Source: Hydrolagus colliei
Taxonomy: Eukaryota
Direction: 5' to 3'
Length of the DNA: 64,000 nt
Assembly (NCBI GenBank): GCA_035084275.1
Contig: CM068771.1
Coordinates: forward strand, 558,001-622,000
The position numbers were made by a program, and so were the translations under genes. Below are positions 38,036 through 49,979 of this stretch, piece by piece; the stretch's first letter is position 1, and each line of letters starts with the position of its first letter. The notes below the pieces were generated by a model that was given only the letters and a program-made list of their open reading frames with translations, was not told where the DNA came from and did no database searches.

Positions 38036-39381
38036 AAATGTGTTTGGGGGATGGGGGGCGGTGGGGAGGACTGTTTGTGGTGGGGGAGTGTGTGTGGGTG
38101 GGAGTGTGCGAAGGTGGAAGTGTGCGTGGGTGGGAGTTTGCGTGGGTGGGAGTGTAGGGGGAGTGTGTATGGGTAGGACTGTATGTGTGTGTATGTTTGT
38201 GTGTAGGGGGCAGGCTGTATGTGTTGGGAAGAGTGTTTCAATGCTCTGAGATGCTGTCCGGAGGGCGCTATATAAATCCAAGTGATTGTTGTTGTTGTGT
38301 TTGTATTGGGAGAAGTGGCAGGAGTGTGTGTGTGGTGGGGAATGTGTGTATTGGGTTGAATATTTGTTTGTGTGCGGGGAAATATGGAGGGAACGCGTGT
38401 TTTGGGAGTTTCTGTGGGGGTGGGTTGTGTGTTGTGTGGAGTATATGGGGAGAGTGTATGTGTGGGGGGAATATGGTGTGTGTTTTCCAAAACAGTGTAT
38501 GTGTGTGTTGACCGGATGATGGGAGTGTGTGTGAGGGTGGAGTGTGTATATGAGGCGAGTGTGAGTGTGTGGGAAAGAGTGTGTTTTGCGGTGATGTGGA
38601 GTGACATGACTAAGATTTGTATCTTCCAGCTACAGGGAGAAGGCCTAACTATGCCCCAACCAAATGTAAATCAACAACATCAGAATATAGACTTTAACTA
38701 TCCTACTGTCACCCTGAACTCTGCCTTTGGCCTGTGCATCACCATCCTGATCACTGACTGTAGTATGTGTATATTTGGCTGCCGCGTTTCCCCCAAGTCA
38801 ACTTTCCTTCTCTTCTTCATCCTGCCCCGACCACTCCCACCCTGCTCTTGTTCCTACCTAACTGTACAGCGCCTTGGGACGTCCTCTCAATGTGAAAGGC
38901 GCTATATAAATGTAAGTTTTGATTGAATGATGTGTAATGTGTACATCGCTTGCTTATTGCATGTGTGTGTCTAGCCTGTTATCTGTGTTCATATGTATGT
39001 GCATATCTATGTGTGTACATATGGCATGCATGCACATACATGAATGCATGCATGTATAAACATGTGTATGTGTGCATCATGTGTAGCCTGTAGTGAATGC
39101 GTATGTACCCTGCAGTGTGTTGCAGCATGTAGTGCATGTGTATAGCATGTAATGAGTGTGTTTAGCCTTTAGTGAGTGTGTGTGTAGCCTCTATTAAGTG
39201 TGGTAACCAGTAGTGAGTGTGTGTAGCCTGTAGTGAGTGTGTGCATGTGTATCCTGAAGTGCGTGTGTGTATGTGTCTAGCCTGGAGTATGTGTGTGTAG
39301 CCTGAAGAGTGTGTGCGTGTAATATGTGGGCAGTCAGTGTGTATAGGTACATGTCTGTAATATCTGATTTATTTTCGTTAG

Positions 39382-39438
39382 AAACTGCTGACAGGATGTA
39401 CAGTTCATCAAACAACTCATCAAACCCACCTGCTTGAG
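39382..39438 (+). pseudogene. MHC class I-like remnant 2: cytoplasmic exon (ETADRMYSSSNNSSNPPA*)
   Basis: ttttcgttag acceptor, TGA then G|GTAACC; homologous to 11211-11258. Confidence 0.65.
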
Positions 39439-41066
39439 GTAACCACTGTGTTGTGTGTGAGTGTGTGTGTGTGTGTGAATGGTATATGGTGTGAGAGAAG
39501 TGGGCATTGTTTGTGTATATGGTGGCTGGGTGTACAGTGTGTGGTTGTGTGTGAGATGTGGGTGGTGGGGGTGCGTGTGCACGAGGTGCATTCCCTGTGA
39601 TTGTGGTGGTAATTTTGGTGGTGATTGAGAGGGTGATTGAGAGGATGATGAGGGGTAAAAGGATTCTGAGAAGAGTGACTAGGCAGATTAGAAACAACAA
39701 CAACAAAATTACATTTATAAAGTGACTTTCACATCGGGAGGACGTCCAAATGCTGAACGGTCGGGGTTTAGGGACCCCGAGCATGGGGGAGGAGAGGGAG
39801 AGAGATGGGAGGATGGCAGAAGCCACAATTGAAAAGGAGAATCTTGAGACCAGCCTTGAAGGAGGCAATGGTGGCAGCGAGGCAAAGGAACTGTGGGCTG
39901 GAATTCCAGAGTGTGGAGGCAGAGAGGCTGAAATTCTATATGTTGCTGTATAGGGAATATGTGAGTCTGCACTGGGGGCGTGAAATCTATATTAGTGGAG
40001 TGGGGAGGGGGGTCCCTAAAATTTTCATGTGATTTTTCTTAATGTGTTTACTTTCTAGCCATTCTTCTGTAATGGGGATGTGAGACATGCAGTGTGTATA
40101 AGTGTGAGGTGGGGGCTGCATTATGGGTGATTTTGTTTTCCCAATATTTGGGGTTTACTTCCTTTGTATTTTCAGACCATTTGTCTGAGTGTGGTTTCAG
40201 TTGCCAAGCATTTTCCTGTCCTGGCGGTGCTCGACAACAACAACTTCAAATTATATAGCGCCCGCCATGCTGGACAGCGTCTTAAAGCGTTACTAGTGGT
40301 AGGAGGGGATGTGTGTTCAATACTGGGATTGCGGGGTCTCTAGTCAGGATGTGAGGAGATTACTGAGGTTATGGGGTGTGTTTAGTTGGGGTGTGTGGGT
40401 GTGGGGGTCTCTGCTTGTATGGGGGAGAGGAGCCATTTTGGTGTCCTAGCCGTGTTTTTTTTTGTGTTACCACCTTTTTTATTGTAGCAAGTTATTTTTA
40501 TTTTCTCGCCATTGTTCTTTGCTGTGTGTGTGGTTCATGTATTCTTTGTGTTCTAGCGCTTTGGGACACCCTCCCGATGTGAAAGGTGCAATTCAAATGT
40601 AATTTTGATGTTTTTGTTGTTGTTGTTGTGTGTGTGCGTGTGGTGGGTTATACTCATGATCTTGTTTGCCAGCCGCTTTTAGTTCACCGCGTTTTTATTT
40701 TGAAGGGTTAATAAAGGACAGCCAATATGGTTTTGTTCAAGGTAAATCATGGAGAGAGAAAGCAGAGAGAGGTGGTGAATGATTGTTTATCTGACTAGGT
40801 GGAAATGTGCAATGCTGTCCCACAGGGGGTTGTTATTAGGAACACTGCTCTTTTTGATCTATGTAAAGGACAAGGATGCAGATAATACTCAGCTTGGAAA
40901 AGTAGTAAACAGTTAGGAGAATACTTGCGTATACTGCGGAGGGATATGGACAGATTGATAAATTGGACAGACATGTGTCAGATGAAATTGAATATGGAGA
41001 AATACAAAGTGACACATTTTGGGAGGAAGAATGAGGAGAGGCTAAAGCACCAGAGGGCAGTGTTAC

Positions 41067-41410
41067 ACTGATAACCTCTGTAGCTCAGTGATGAGAGCAC
41101 TCTCCTCACTAGTGATGGAAACTAGGTTCATTCCCAGCAGGGCAAATGGTTGGGCAAGTTATGTTATTCCACATGCCTCTCTTTACATAGCAGTGAGTCG
41201 GAAATAGTTGTCCAGGAGTATGAATTCCTCCACAAAAATAATCATCACTTTATTTCATGACTGGTTGTTGGAAAGGCAATTCTGTGCGCAATTGGTTGCT
41301 GTTTTGCCCACAAAATATACAGTCAATTCACATTACAGTATAATCTGTGAAGAGCTTTGAGATGTCTCCATGATGCAATAATGCACTATATCAAATGTAA
41401 GGTTTTTTTT
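41067..41410 (+). mobile_element. tRNA-derived SINE
   Basis: tgtagctcagtgatgagagcac head and the shared SINE body and tail. Confidence 0.7.
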
Positions 41411-41499
41411 AATAACAATTTGGTAGTATAGCACTGGGATTGAAGCACCAAATGGAAGTGTTATGCAGCATCCTATCAGCTGTCAACTCAGTGTCAGTG

Positions 41500-42190
41500 C
41501 CAACTCAGGGATTTGGGTGTCCTTGTACACCAGTCTCAAAAAGGTAGTTTGCAGGTGCAGCAAGCAACTAAGAAGGCAACGGCAAGTTAGCGTTCATTGC
41601 AAAAGGTTTAGAGTACAACAGTAGGGAAGTCTTGCTGCAACTGTATAGGGCTCTGGTGAGACCGCACCTAGAGTATTGTGTGCAGTTTTGGTCTCCTTAT
41701 TTAAAAAAGGACATACTTGCCTTAGAGGGGGTGCAGCGTAGATTCACTAGGTTAGTTCCGGGGATGAGGGGACTGACCTATGAGGATAGGTTGAATAAAC
41801 TAGGGCTGTATTCTCTAGAGTACAGAAGAATTAGGGGAGATCTTATTGAAATATATGTGATTGTTAAAGGGCTGGATAAAGTAAACAGTGAGGGACTGTT
41901 TCCCATGATAGGAGAATCTATAACCAGGGGTCATAATCTTAAAATTAAGGGTCAGCCTTTTAGAACTCAGAGGGTAGTAAATTTATGGAATTCACTACCC
42001 CAGAAGGCTGTACATGGGGTAGATTTTCAAGGCTGACACTGATAGATTTTTTTTTAAATAGAGAGATTAGGGGATATGGGGGTAGGGCAGATAATTAGAG
42101 TTAGGTCAGAAGATCAGCCATGATCTTATCAAATGGTGGGGCAGGCTCGAGGGGCCGAATGGCCTACTCCTGCTCCTAATTCTTATGTTT
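41500..42190 (+). mobile_element. CR1 3' fragment
   Basis: ORF 41632-42036 LYRALVRPHLEYCVQFWSPYL...; 3' UTR gggccgaatggcctactcctgctcc. Confidence 0.9.
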
Positions 42191-42639
42191 TTATGTCACT
42201 GCTAAGTGAATAATTTTCAGAAAATCCCAAATAACAACAGTTTACATTGTCATGGAACCTAACGTATTGGGAATGGTATTGGAACTGTTGCTAAATGGTA
42301 GAAGAACTAAGGATTGGGGAGGGGCGGTAGGAGATATTTGAAGATACAGTAGAAGAGATAAGTCTGAAGCTGGGAATGGACCAGGGCTCAGGCATTCTGG
42401 GATCCAGATCCATAGATTATGAGCACAATGACTGAGAGCTTAACCAACAGTGATGAATCACATGGGAATATAACTCTCCCTGCTCAGCAATCCGGCCATT
42501 ATTTTCCATGTGTGGAGAATGACCAGGGTATTTGGGTTGCAGTGTTGGGTGCCATTCTTCAAAGGAAGAAGGATTTTGCAGTAGGGACATATTGGTTTAC
42601 GGTTAGCATATAGCGAACAGTATATTTAAATTGGAAAAG

Positions 42640-43630
42640 GTGGTGTGAGGTGGATTGTGGGAGGGTGTGGCAGGAAATGTACTGGTGTGATAGGATGGGA
42701 GGGCACTGACCTGTTATTTGTTTTCCCGCCTTTTTTGATTTTTACACCATTTTGCTTCGTTATTTGGGTTTTTCAGCCGTGTTTCCATACTGGGGTCTGG
42801 GAGGTAAGGACTATAGGTAAGGAGTTCTAAGTACTATAGGTAAGTAGTTTGACTGGGGATCAGGAGGCTTTACTGAGATTATGGGGGAGGATGTCAGTGT
42901 TTCTAGGCCTGTACTCAGGATGTGGAATGGTGGTGAGTGGGTAGGGTGTGTATGTTAGAGTGTATAGCGCTGTATTTGGGTATGTGTGTGTATGGGAGGA
43001 GTTGTTTTGTGTGTGGGGGGGCTGTACAAATGGTGTGCAGGGCACCTGGGGTGTTTTCCCACCATTTCAGTTTTTCTCCTCATTTTTTATTTTCGTACCA
43101 TTTGTCTGTGAGTGTTTAGTTTTTCAGCCATTTTTTGGAAGTGTTGTATTTTCCTATGATATTTTTATGTGGGGGATTGAGGGGCATTTTTGGTGTATGA
43201 GTGGCTTTATTTCAGTGTTGAGAGTATGTCGGGTGTGTGGCTTTTAGTTATAGAATATGGGGGCTGTACTGGGGGTGCTTAATATTCTCCTGCTTTTTTT
43301 TATTTTCATTCCATTTTTTAAAAATGTTTTTATTTTCCAGCCATTTCTCTATACAGGGGTGTGGGTCTCTACAGGGGATGTAAGGGTGTGTGTGGTGTAT
43401 ACTGGGTGTGTGGAGGTCTGTACTAGCGGTACAGACCTCCGCGGTGGGTGGGTGGGTGGGGAGGAGGGGGAAACTACTGGTTTCATTTTACCGCCATTTT
43501 CGTTTTAGCGCCTTTTAAAAAATGTACTCCATCTTAATGTTTTTACAATTTCCAACTAGTTTTCTGTACTTGGGTAATGGAGGGAGGTGGGCAGTATTGG
43601 GTATGTGGGGTGTGTATAGAATATTTGGGA
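42640..43630. repeat. Degenerate G/T-skewed ~200-250 bp repeat block (related blocks ~39950-40600, ~59700-60300, ~60820-62000)
   Basis: Recurrent ccgccatttt / ttcacaccattt / ttttccagccattt..ctgtactgggg motifs. Confidence 0.55.
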
Positions 43631-44184
43631 GGCTTTAAATGCTTCCACAGGGGTTGTCTGACAATTTATATTTGAAACATATAGTCAATGTCATATGATG
43701 GGAGCAGGTTGTGATTAGCTTCGAAAAAGATCTTTGCTCACGAAAGGGACTGTTTTTAAACAACAAACTACAGTCATTTTCTGATGGATAAAATGGTCTG
43801 CAGCTGGAGGGAGCTGTGTTGCATTTGTTTTTACAAAGGAACCATCTTGCAAAAGAGAAGCGGTGAAATGTCATCTAATTAATGGTATAAATGGAGATCG
43901 ATTGGCAGAAAAAAACCTGGAAGCAAATGGGAAATTGGAGTCATTAAACATATTCGATCTTCTAAAGAAGGAAGATCAAGACTACCAGTTAAGCAACTCT
44001 AACCGTACAATAATACTTGGACACATTTGGAGGATATTGAATTGGAAACTGTACAACAATACTTGGATACCGTTTGAGAACATTAAATTGGACATTGCTC
44101 CTCTATCTCTCTTGCAGCATTTGGTTTGTTCAACGTAAATCGCGGTGAAGACAATATTGGATAAATAAACATAATTGGAAGAAA

Positions 44185-46100
44185 ACACAAAATACTACAG
44201 ATGCTGGGAATCTGAAACAAAATCAGAAGTTGCTGGGGAAACTCAACATGTCAGGCAGCATCCATAGAGAAAGGAAAAAGGGGCCTACAACCCTTCGTCA
44301 GAACTGGGGCATGTTTGGAGGGAGAGGTTTCTCAAGGACGTTAAAGGGGGAGAGGCAGGATATGGAAGACAAAGGAGACAAAGAAGACAAAGGAAAAGGA
44401 AAAAAGAGTGTGCTAATTGATGGGTTGAATATGTGATGATGACTTCAAGGGGAGAAACAGGAGGGGGTGGGTTTAGACAAAACTGGGGAGAAGAGGTGTT
44501 TAGTGGTGATAGAACAAACAAAACACCAGAGAGGCAAGGGGTGTCTGGAGTTATGATTGTGATGGGAGAGGGGATAGGGGAGGGAGAAGGGTGGGGGGGG
44601 GGGGGGGGGGGGGGGGGAAAGAGAATGGGAAGCTCTTATGGCCTGAAATGGCTGAAATCGATGTTGAGTCCAGACGGCCGTAGTGTCTCTAACAGATAGA
44701 TGCTGTTTCTCAAGCTTTTGCTGTGGGTCACTGTAACAGCGCAGGAGACCATGGATCGAAAGATCAGCCTCTGAATGTGAGTGCAAGTTGAAATGGAGGG
44801 AGACTGGAAGATCAGGGTTGACCTTCCGTACAGAGCGAAGATGTTCAGCAAATTGGTCTCCCAATCTGCACTTAGTCTCCCCAATGTAGAGGAGACCACA
44901 CCGTGAGCAGCAGATGCAGTACATACTACATTGGTGATAGTACATGTCAACTGTTGTCTCAAATGGAAGGTGTTTTGGTCCCTGGAGAGGGGTTTGGGTG
45001 GAGGTGAAAGGGCAGGTATTACATCTCCTGCGCTGGCATGGGAAGGTGCCAGAGGAAGGAGAGAAGCTGGTGGTGCTGACAGCGGAGTGGACCAGAGAAT
45101 CCCGGAGGGAATGGTCGCTTCGGAATGCGGAGAGGAGAGGGGAGGAAAATATATCCTTTGTGGATGGGTCATGTTGCAGGTGATGGAAGTTTCTACGGAT
45201 GATGTGTTGAATAGTGAGGTTGGTAGGGTGGTAAGTGAGGACTAAGGGGACCCTATCACGATTCTGCAATGGGGGGGAAGGGTGAGGGCGGAGGTGACAG
45301 AAATCAGACGGACATGGTCAAGGGCCTTAGCTATCATGGTTGGTGGGAATCCTCAGTTGAGGATAAATGCAGACATCTCAGTCACTCTGGTATGAAATGT
45401 TGCATCGTCAGAGTAGATGCGGCGGAGGTGGAGGAACTGGGAAAAGGGGATGGCATCTTTGCCAGAGGCCAGGTGGGATGACTTGTAATGAAGGTGGTGG
45501 ATGTGTGAGTTGGTGGATTTGTAAAAGATGTCTGTGGACAGGCAGTTGCCTTATGTAGAGATCGTGAAATCGAGGAAGGGAAGTGTCAGAGATGGTCCAT
45601 GTAAATTTTTTGGAGGGGTGGAAGGTGGAGACAAAGTTTACAAATGCCTCTAGCTCACTGCGAGAGCAGGAGGCAGCCCTGACACGGTCATGAATGTACC
45701 TGAGGAACAGGTCGAGGAGCGGGCCTCAGAAGGACTGGAACAAGGAGTGTTCCAGGTGGTCAACAAACAGACGTAGCTGGGACCCATGCGGGTTCCCATA
45801 GAGACGCCTTTTACCTGGAGGAAGTGGTTGGAGTTAAAAGCGAAGTTGTTCAATGTCAGAACAAGTTCAGCCAGGCGGAGGAGGGTGGTGGTGGATGGAG
45901 ACTTATCTTGTCGTTTATCAATGTGAAAATGGAGGGCCTCCAGGCCGTCCTTGTGGGGAATGGAGGTGCAGAGAGACTGAATGTCCATTGTGAAAAGGAG
46001 ATGTTGAGGACCATGGAACCGGAAATTGTCAAAGTGTCGGAGGGCGTTCGACGAGTCACGGATATCGGTGGGTAGGGTTTGGACGATCACAATGGACATT
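44185..46100 (-). mobile_element. Penelope-like retroelement (RT plus GIY-YIG endonuclease), internally deleted
   Basis: FTMDIQSLCTSIPH...KGVSMGTRMGPSY (RT); CGLLYIGETKCRLGDQFAEHL (GIY-YIG). Confidence 0.92.
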
Positions 46101-46104
46101 TGGA

Positions 46105-47240
46105 CCGAGGATTCCCACTAACCACTATTGGACTGAGGATTCCCACCAACCATGGTAGCTAAGGCCCTTGACCATGTCTGTCTGATTTCTCGCACCTCTG
46201 CCCTTACCCCTTCCCCCCCATCGCGGAATCATGATAGGGTCCCCTTGGTCCTCACGTACCACCATACCAGCCTCACTATTCAACACATCATCTGTAGAAA
46301 TTTCCATCACCTCCAACGTGACCCATCCACTAAGGATATATTTCCCTCCCCTCCCCTCTCCGCATTCCAAAGGGATCATTCCCTCCGGGATTTTCTGGTC
46401 CACTCTGCTGTCAGCACCACCAGCTGCTCTCCTTCCTCTGGCACCTTCCCGTGCCAGCGCAGGAGATATAGTACCTGAGCTTTCACCTCCACCCAAACCC
46501 CTCTCCAGGGACGAAAACACAGCTTCCATGTGAGACAGTGGTTCATATGTACTATCACCAATGTAGTATATACTGCATCTGCTGCTCATGGTGTGGTCTC
46601 CTCTACATTGGGGAGACTAAGTGCAGATTGGAAGATTGATTTGCAGAGAATCTTCGCTCTGTACGGAAGGTCAACTCTGATCTTCCAGTCTTCATCCATT
46701 TCAACTTGCGCTCACATTCAGAGGATGATCTTTTGATCCATGGTCTCCTGCGCTGCTCCAGTGACTCACATCTACTGAGGCAACTACAGCTGTCTGGACT
46801 CAACATCAATTTCAGCCATTTCAGGCCATAAGAGCTTCCCCTTCTCTTTCCCCGCACCAACCTCCTCCCTCCCCTCACCCATCATAATCATAACTCCAGA
46901 AACCACTTGCCTCTCTGGTGTTTTGTTTGTTCTATCACCACTAAACACCTCTTCTCCCCAGTTTCGTTTGAACACATCCCCTTCCGTTTCTCCCTCTAAA
47001 GTCGTTATCACATATTCAACCCATCAGTTAACACACTCTTTTATCCTTTTCCTTTGTCTTCTTTGTCTCCTTTGTCTTCCATATCCTGTCTCTCCCTGTT
47101 TACCATCGATAAGAAACCTCTCTCTCCAAACAAGCCCCAGTTCTGATGAAGGGTTGTAGACCCGAAATGTTGACTCTTTCTCCTATCTCCATGGATGCTG
47201 CCTGACCTGCTGAGTTTCCCCAGCATCTCCTGTTTTTGTT
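46105..47240 (+). mobile_element. Penelope 3' portion in inverted orientation (GIY-YIG plus pseudo-LTR)
   Basis: Reverse complement of ~44185-45355; RVPLVLTYH motif; typical end ctgcctgacctgctgagtttccccagc. Confidence 0.9.
47139..47175 (+). ncRNA. Minimal type I hammerhead ribozyme motif in the Penelope pseudo-LTR
   Basis: AGUU-CUGAUGA-A-GGGU(UGUAG)ACCC-GAAA-U-GU-U-GACU: core boxes, 4-bp stem II and stem I AGUU/GACU. Confidence 0.65.
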
Positions 47241-48441
47241 AAACATGATTGGATGTATTCTTGAAATGTGTAGGGGTTATTTGGGTGTCTTTATTAGGGG
47301 TATGCAGGAGCTTACTGGGATGTGGTCTCTTGATAACCTAACACAAATTTAGGTTATCATCTTAAATATTTGAGTGAATCCCACATTCACAGTCTTCTGG
47401 GGGAGAGTTCCAGATTCCCACTAATCTTTGAGTGAAACATTTTCCTAATTTCACTCCAAAATGCTCAGGCACTAATTATAAAATGATGCCCCCTCTTCAC
47501 TGACATCCTTTCATTCAGAGGAACAGCAGATCTCTGACTACCCATCAGGAAATGTCCTGGGAAAGTCTCACTCTAACAGTGTCAGTGACTGTGAGTAAAC
47601 CCAGCTCCATTGCTGCTAACTGGGACAGCCAGAAGGTGTCACTGCTGTTCCTGGTGAGAGAAAGGAGCCTCTGCTTATGCGAGCAGCCATCGCAGAGGGA
47701 CAAATATTGATGTCAAACCTGATAATAAGCTCATCACACAGTGTTGTAGAGGGGGTGTCTGCACTCACTGTAATATAACAACAACTTGCATTGATGTAGG
47801 GCCTTTCACACGAGGCAGCATCTCACAGAACTTAATAATAGTAATCCTTGCATTTGATGCAGCACCTTATCTTGCAATCTAGACATCTATAGTAACAGTA
47901 GCCAGGCCACTTGCTGACAGTTTAACCTATGAATGATTGTGGATTATTGGCGGCAATGAATTAACATTTTGAGTTGCAGAGAGAGAAGGTGGTGAAGCCC
48001 CAGTGTTGGTTTCTGCAATCACCGCATGTGTCTGTAAATCACAGACAATGGGTTCTCCCCAATGACTTTTCTAATAAGGAATTATTAAACTAACATTCAC
48101 AAAAAATAATGGTAATGTGGGCATTTGATACAGTCCTTGTTACACCATCAAGATGTCCTAAGCACTTCACAGGATATATTGTAAAGTGTAGTGACTGTGT
48201 ATTTTACGGGCAAAATGCACAACCCAGATTGTGGTCAGCAACGTCCCACAAACAGCCATGAAGTGAGTGACTGATCTTATTTGGGGGATTGTTGGCCAGT
48301 ATACAGGGAGAATTACCTTCTCTTTTCAAATATTGCCATGGAAACTTTTACAGGCAGACAGGAACACAGCTTAATGTCTCATCAAAAGGATGGCACTTCT
48401 GACAACAAACCCCAACACTGCATTGCTGTGTCAGCTTAGAC

Positions 48442-48661
48442 CAGTGGCTTCCAAACTTTGAATAGCGGCGCCCCCCCACTAACTCAGCAATGTTTTTGTT
48501 GTGTCTCCCCCTCCTTCGCACTTGGCTCTATACACTCAGGTCCTCAGCTCCGCCTCAGCTCCACATACACTCGGGGGAGCGAGACAGTAAAGTTCCGCGA
48601 CCACCCAGCCAATGGTACACACCCCCAAAGGGACTTGCGCCCCACAGTTTGGAAACCACTG
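48442..48661. mobile_element. hAT (Charlie/MER5-like) MITE, 220 bp, inserted in a SINE
   Basis: TIRs CAGTGGCTTCCAAACT / AGTTTGGAAACCACTG; 8-bp TSD GCTTAGAC/GCTCAGAC. Confidence 0.88.
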
Positions 48662-48864
48662 GCTCAGACTATGAGATTGCACATCCTGACATGGGGGCTT
48701 GAACTCCCAACCTCTGATTCAAAGCCGAGAGAGCTACCACTGCATCAATGCTGAGCCGGGGTGGGGAGGAGGAGTACAGTGTAGATACATTGTGAGGTTC
48801 AGGGCACAGCGAGACAGTGTAGGAGTACAGTGTAGATACACAGTGTGAGGTACAGGGTGGGGCG

Positions 48865-49052
48865 GCCATGGGCGAGGTGAACTCGCTCGACAGCGACATC
48901 TTCGAGTGGTTCGCCTGCGAGGCCTTTTACTTGATCTGGTGCTGCCAGCGGCGAATCGTCTCATCGCGGGAGATCCAGACGGCGGTGGGGCTGCTGCTGG
49001 GGAGCTGGCCAGACACACCGTGTCCGAGGGTTGTCAAGAAGTCACCAGCTGA
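48865..49052 (+). pseudogene. Histone H2B-like pseudogene fragment (C-terminal half, frameshifted)
   Basis: AMGEVNSLDSDIFEWFACEA...[13 protein letters not shown], then after a frameshift GELARHTVSEG; matches the H2B histone fold (AM.IMNSFVNDIFERIA.EA...[24 protein letters not shown]). Confidence 0.85.
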
Positions 49053-49796
49053 GGAGCCGGTTGGTTTGGGTCACCGCACTGGGCCCTGTTTCCCGCCATT
49101 TTAAAGATGGTCCAGGCGGCGGCGAGGACAAGGAGCGATTACTGGACTAATGCTGATTCTTTATTGTTGTTGATTTTGTTATTTATTGTTGTTGTTTGAT
49201 TTCCCCCCCTCTTTGCCCCCTGGCCTTTCCCCCCCCACCCCCTCTTCTTCCCTCACTCCCTTTTCCCATTTTCTCTTCCGCATTTTCACCTTCCCTCCCT
49301 CTTCCCTCTTAACGCCCTTTCTCCCTCATCTTGCCCCCCACCCACCTTTCCCTCCCTCTCCCCCCCTTACCCTCCTTTCTCCCTTCTCTTCCTCCCTGAC
49401 CTTACTCCACCCCATCTTTCCCTCCCTCTCCCCCCTTACTCTCTTTTTCGCCTTTCTCCCCTAGTCTCACTTCCATGACTGTTTGTGGGACACTGCTGTT
49501 CGCAATTTGGCTGCTGCATTTTGCCTACACATATACAGTCAATTTTCCTATTCTCCTTCATCCTGTCCTGACCCTTCCCACCCTGCTCTTGTCCTACCTG
49601 ACTGTACAGCGCCTTGGGATGTCCTCTGGACGTGAAAGGCACTTTATACATGTAAGTTTTGGTTGATTGATTGATTGATTGGGGCGGGGTTCCTTTGTGG
49701 AGGGTACAGTGTAGATACACAGTGTGAGGTACAGGGTGGGGAGGGGGTGGGGGAGCTGTATGGAGGGTACAGTGTAGGTACATAGTGTGAGGTACA

Positions 49797-49979
49797 GGGC
49801 AGAGGGAGTCACTGTCTGACCCAGTAACAGATGATGGGTTAGTGGACACAGCAGCTCACTGGTGGATCCCAGGCATTTGCTTGTTTCTGAACTCGTGCTA
49901 TTGATGTGTTTGTCCAGTAGTTATGTCATTGTTTATGGTATTAATGTCTGAGGCATTTAATCCCAGCCAGGGACTTCCC
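49797..49979 (+). promoter_or_regulatory. MHC-type X1-X2-Y module plus kB site, copy A (Y box mutated)
   Basis: X1 CCCAGTAACAGATG 49820-49833, 21 bp spacer, CTCACTGG, GGGACTTCCC 49970-49979. Confidence 0.65.

Noticed and set aside
43640-44180. Possible L1-like ORF2 fragment (also 7400-7900)
   Set aside because: Only one short motif-like stretch; too degraded to call by eye.
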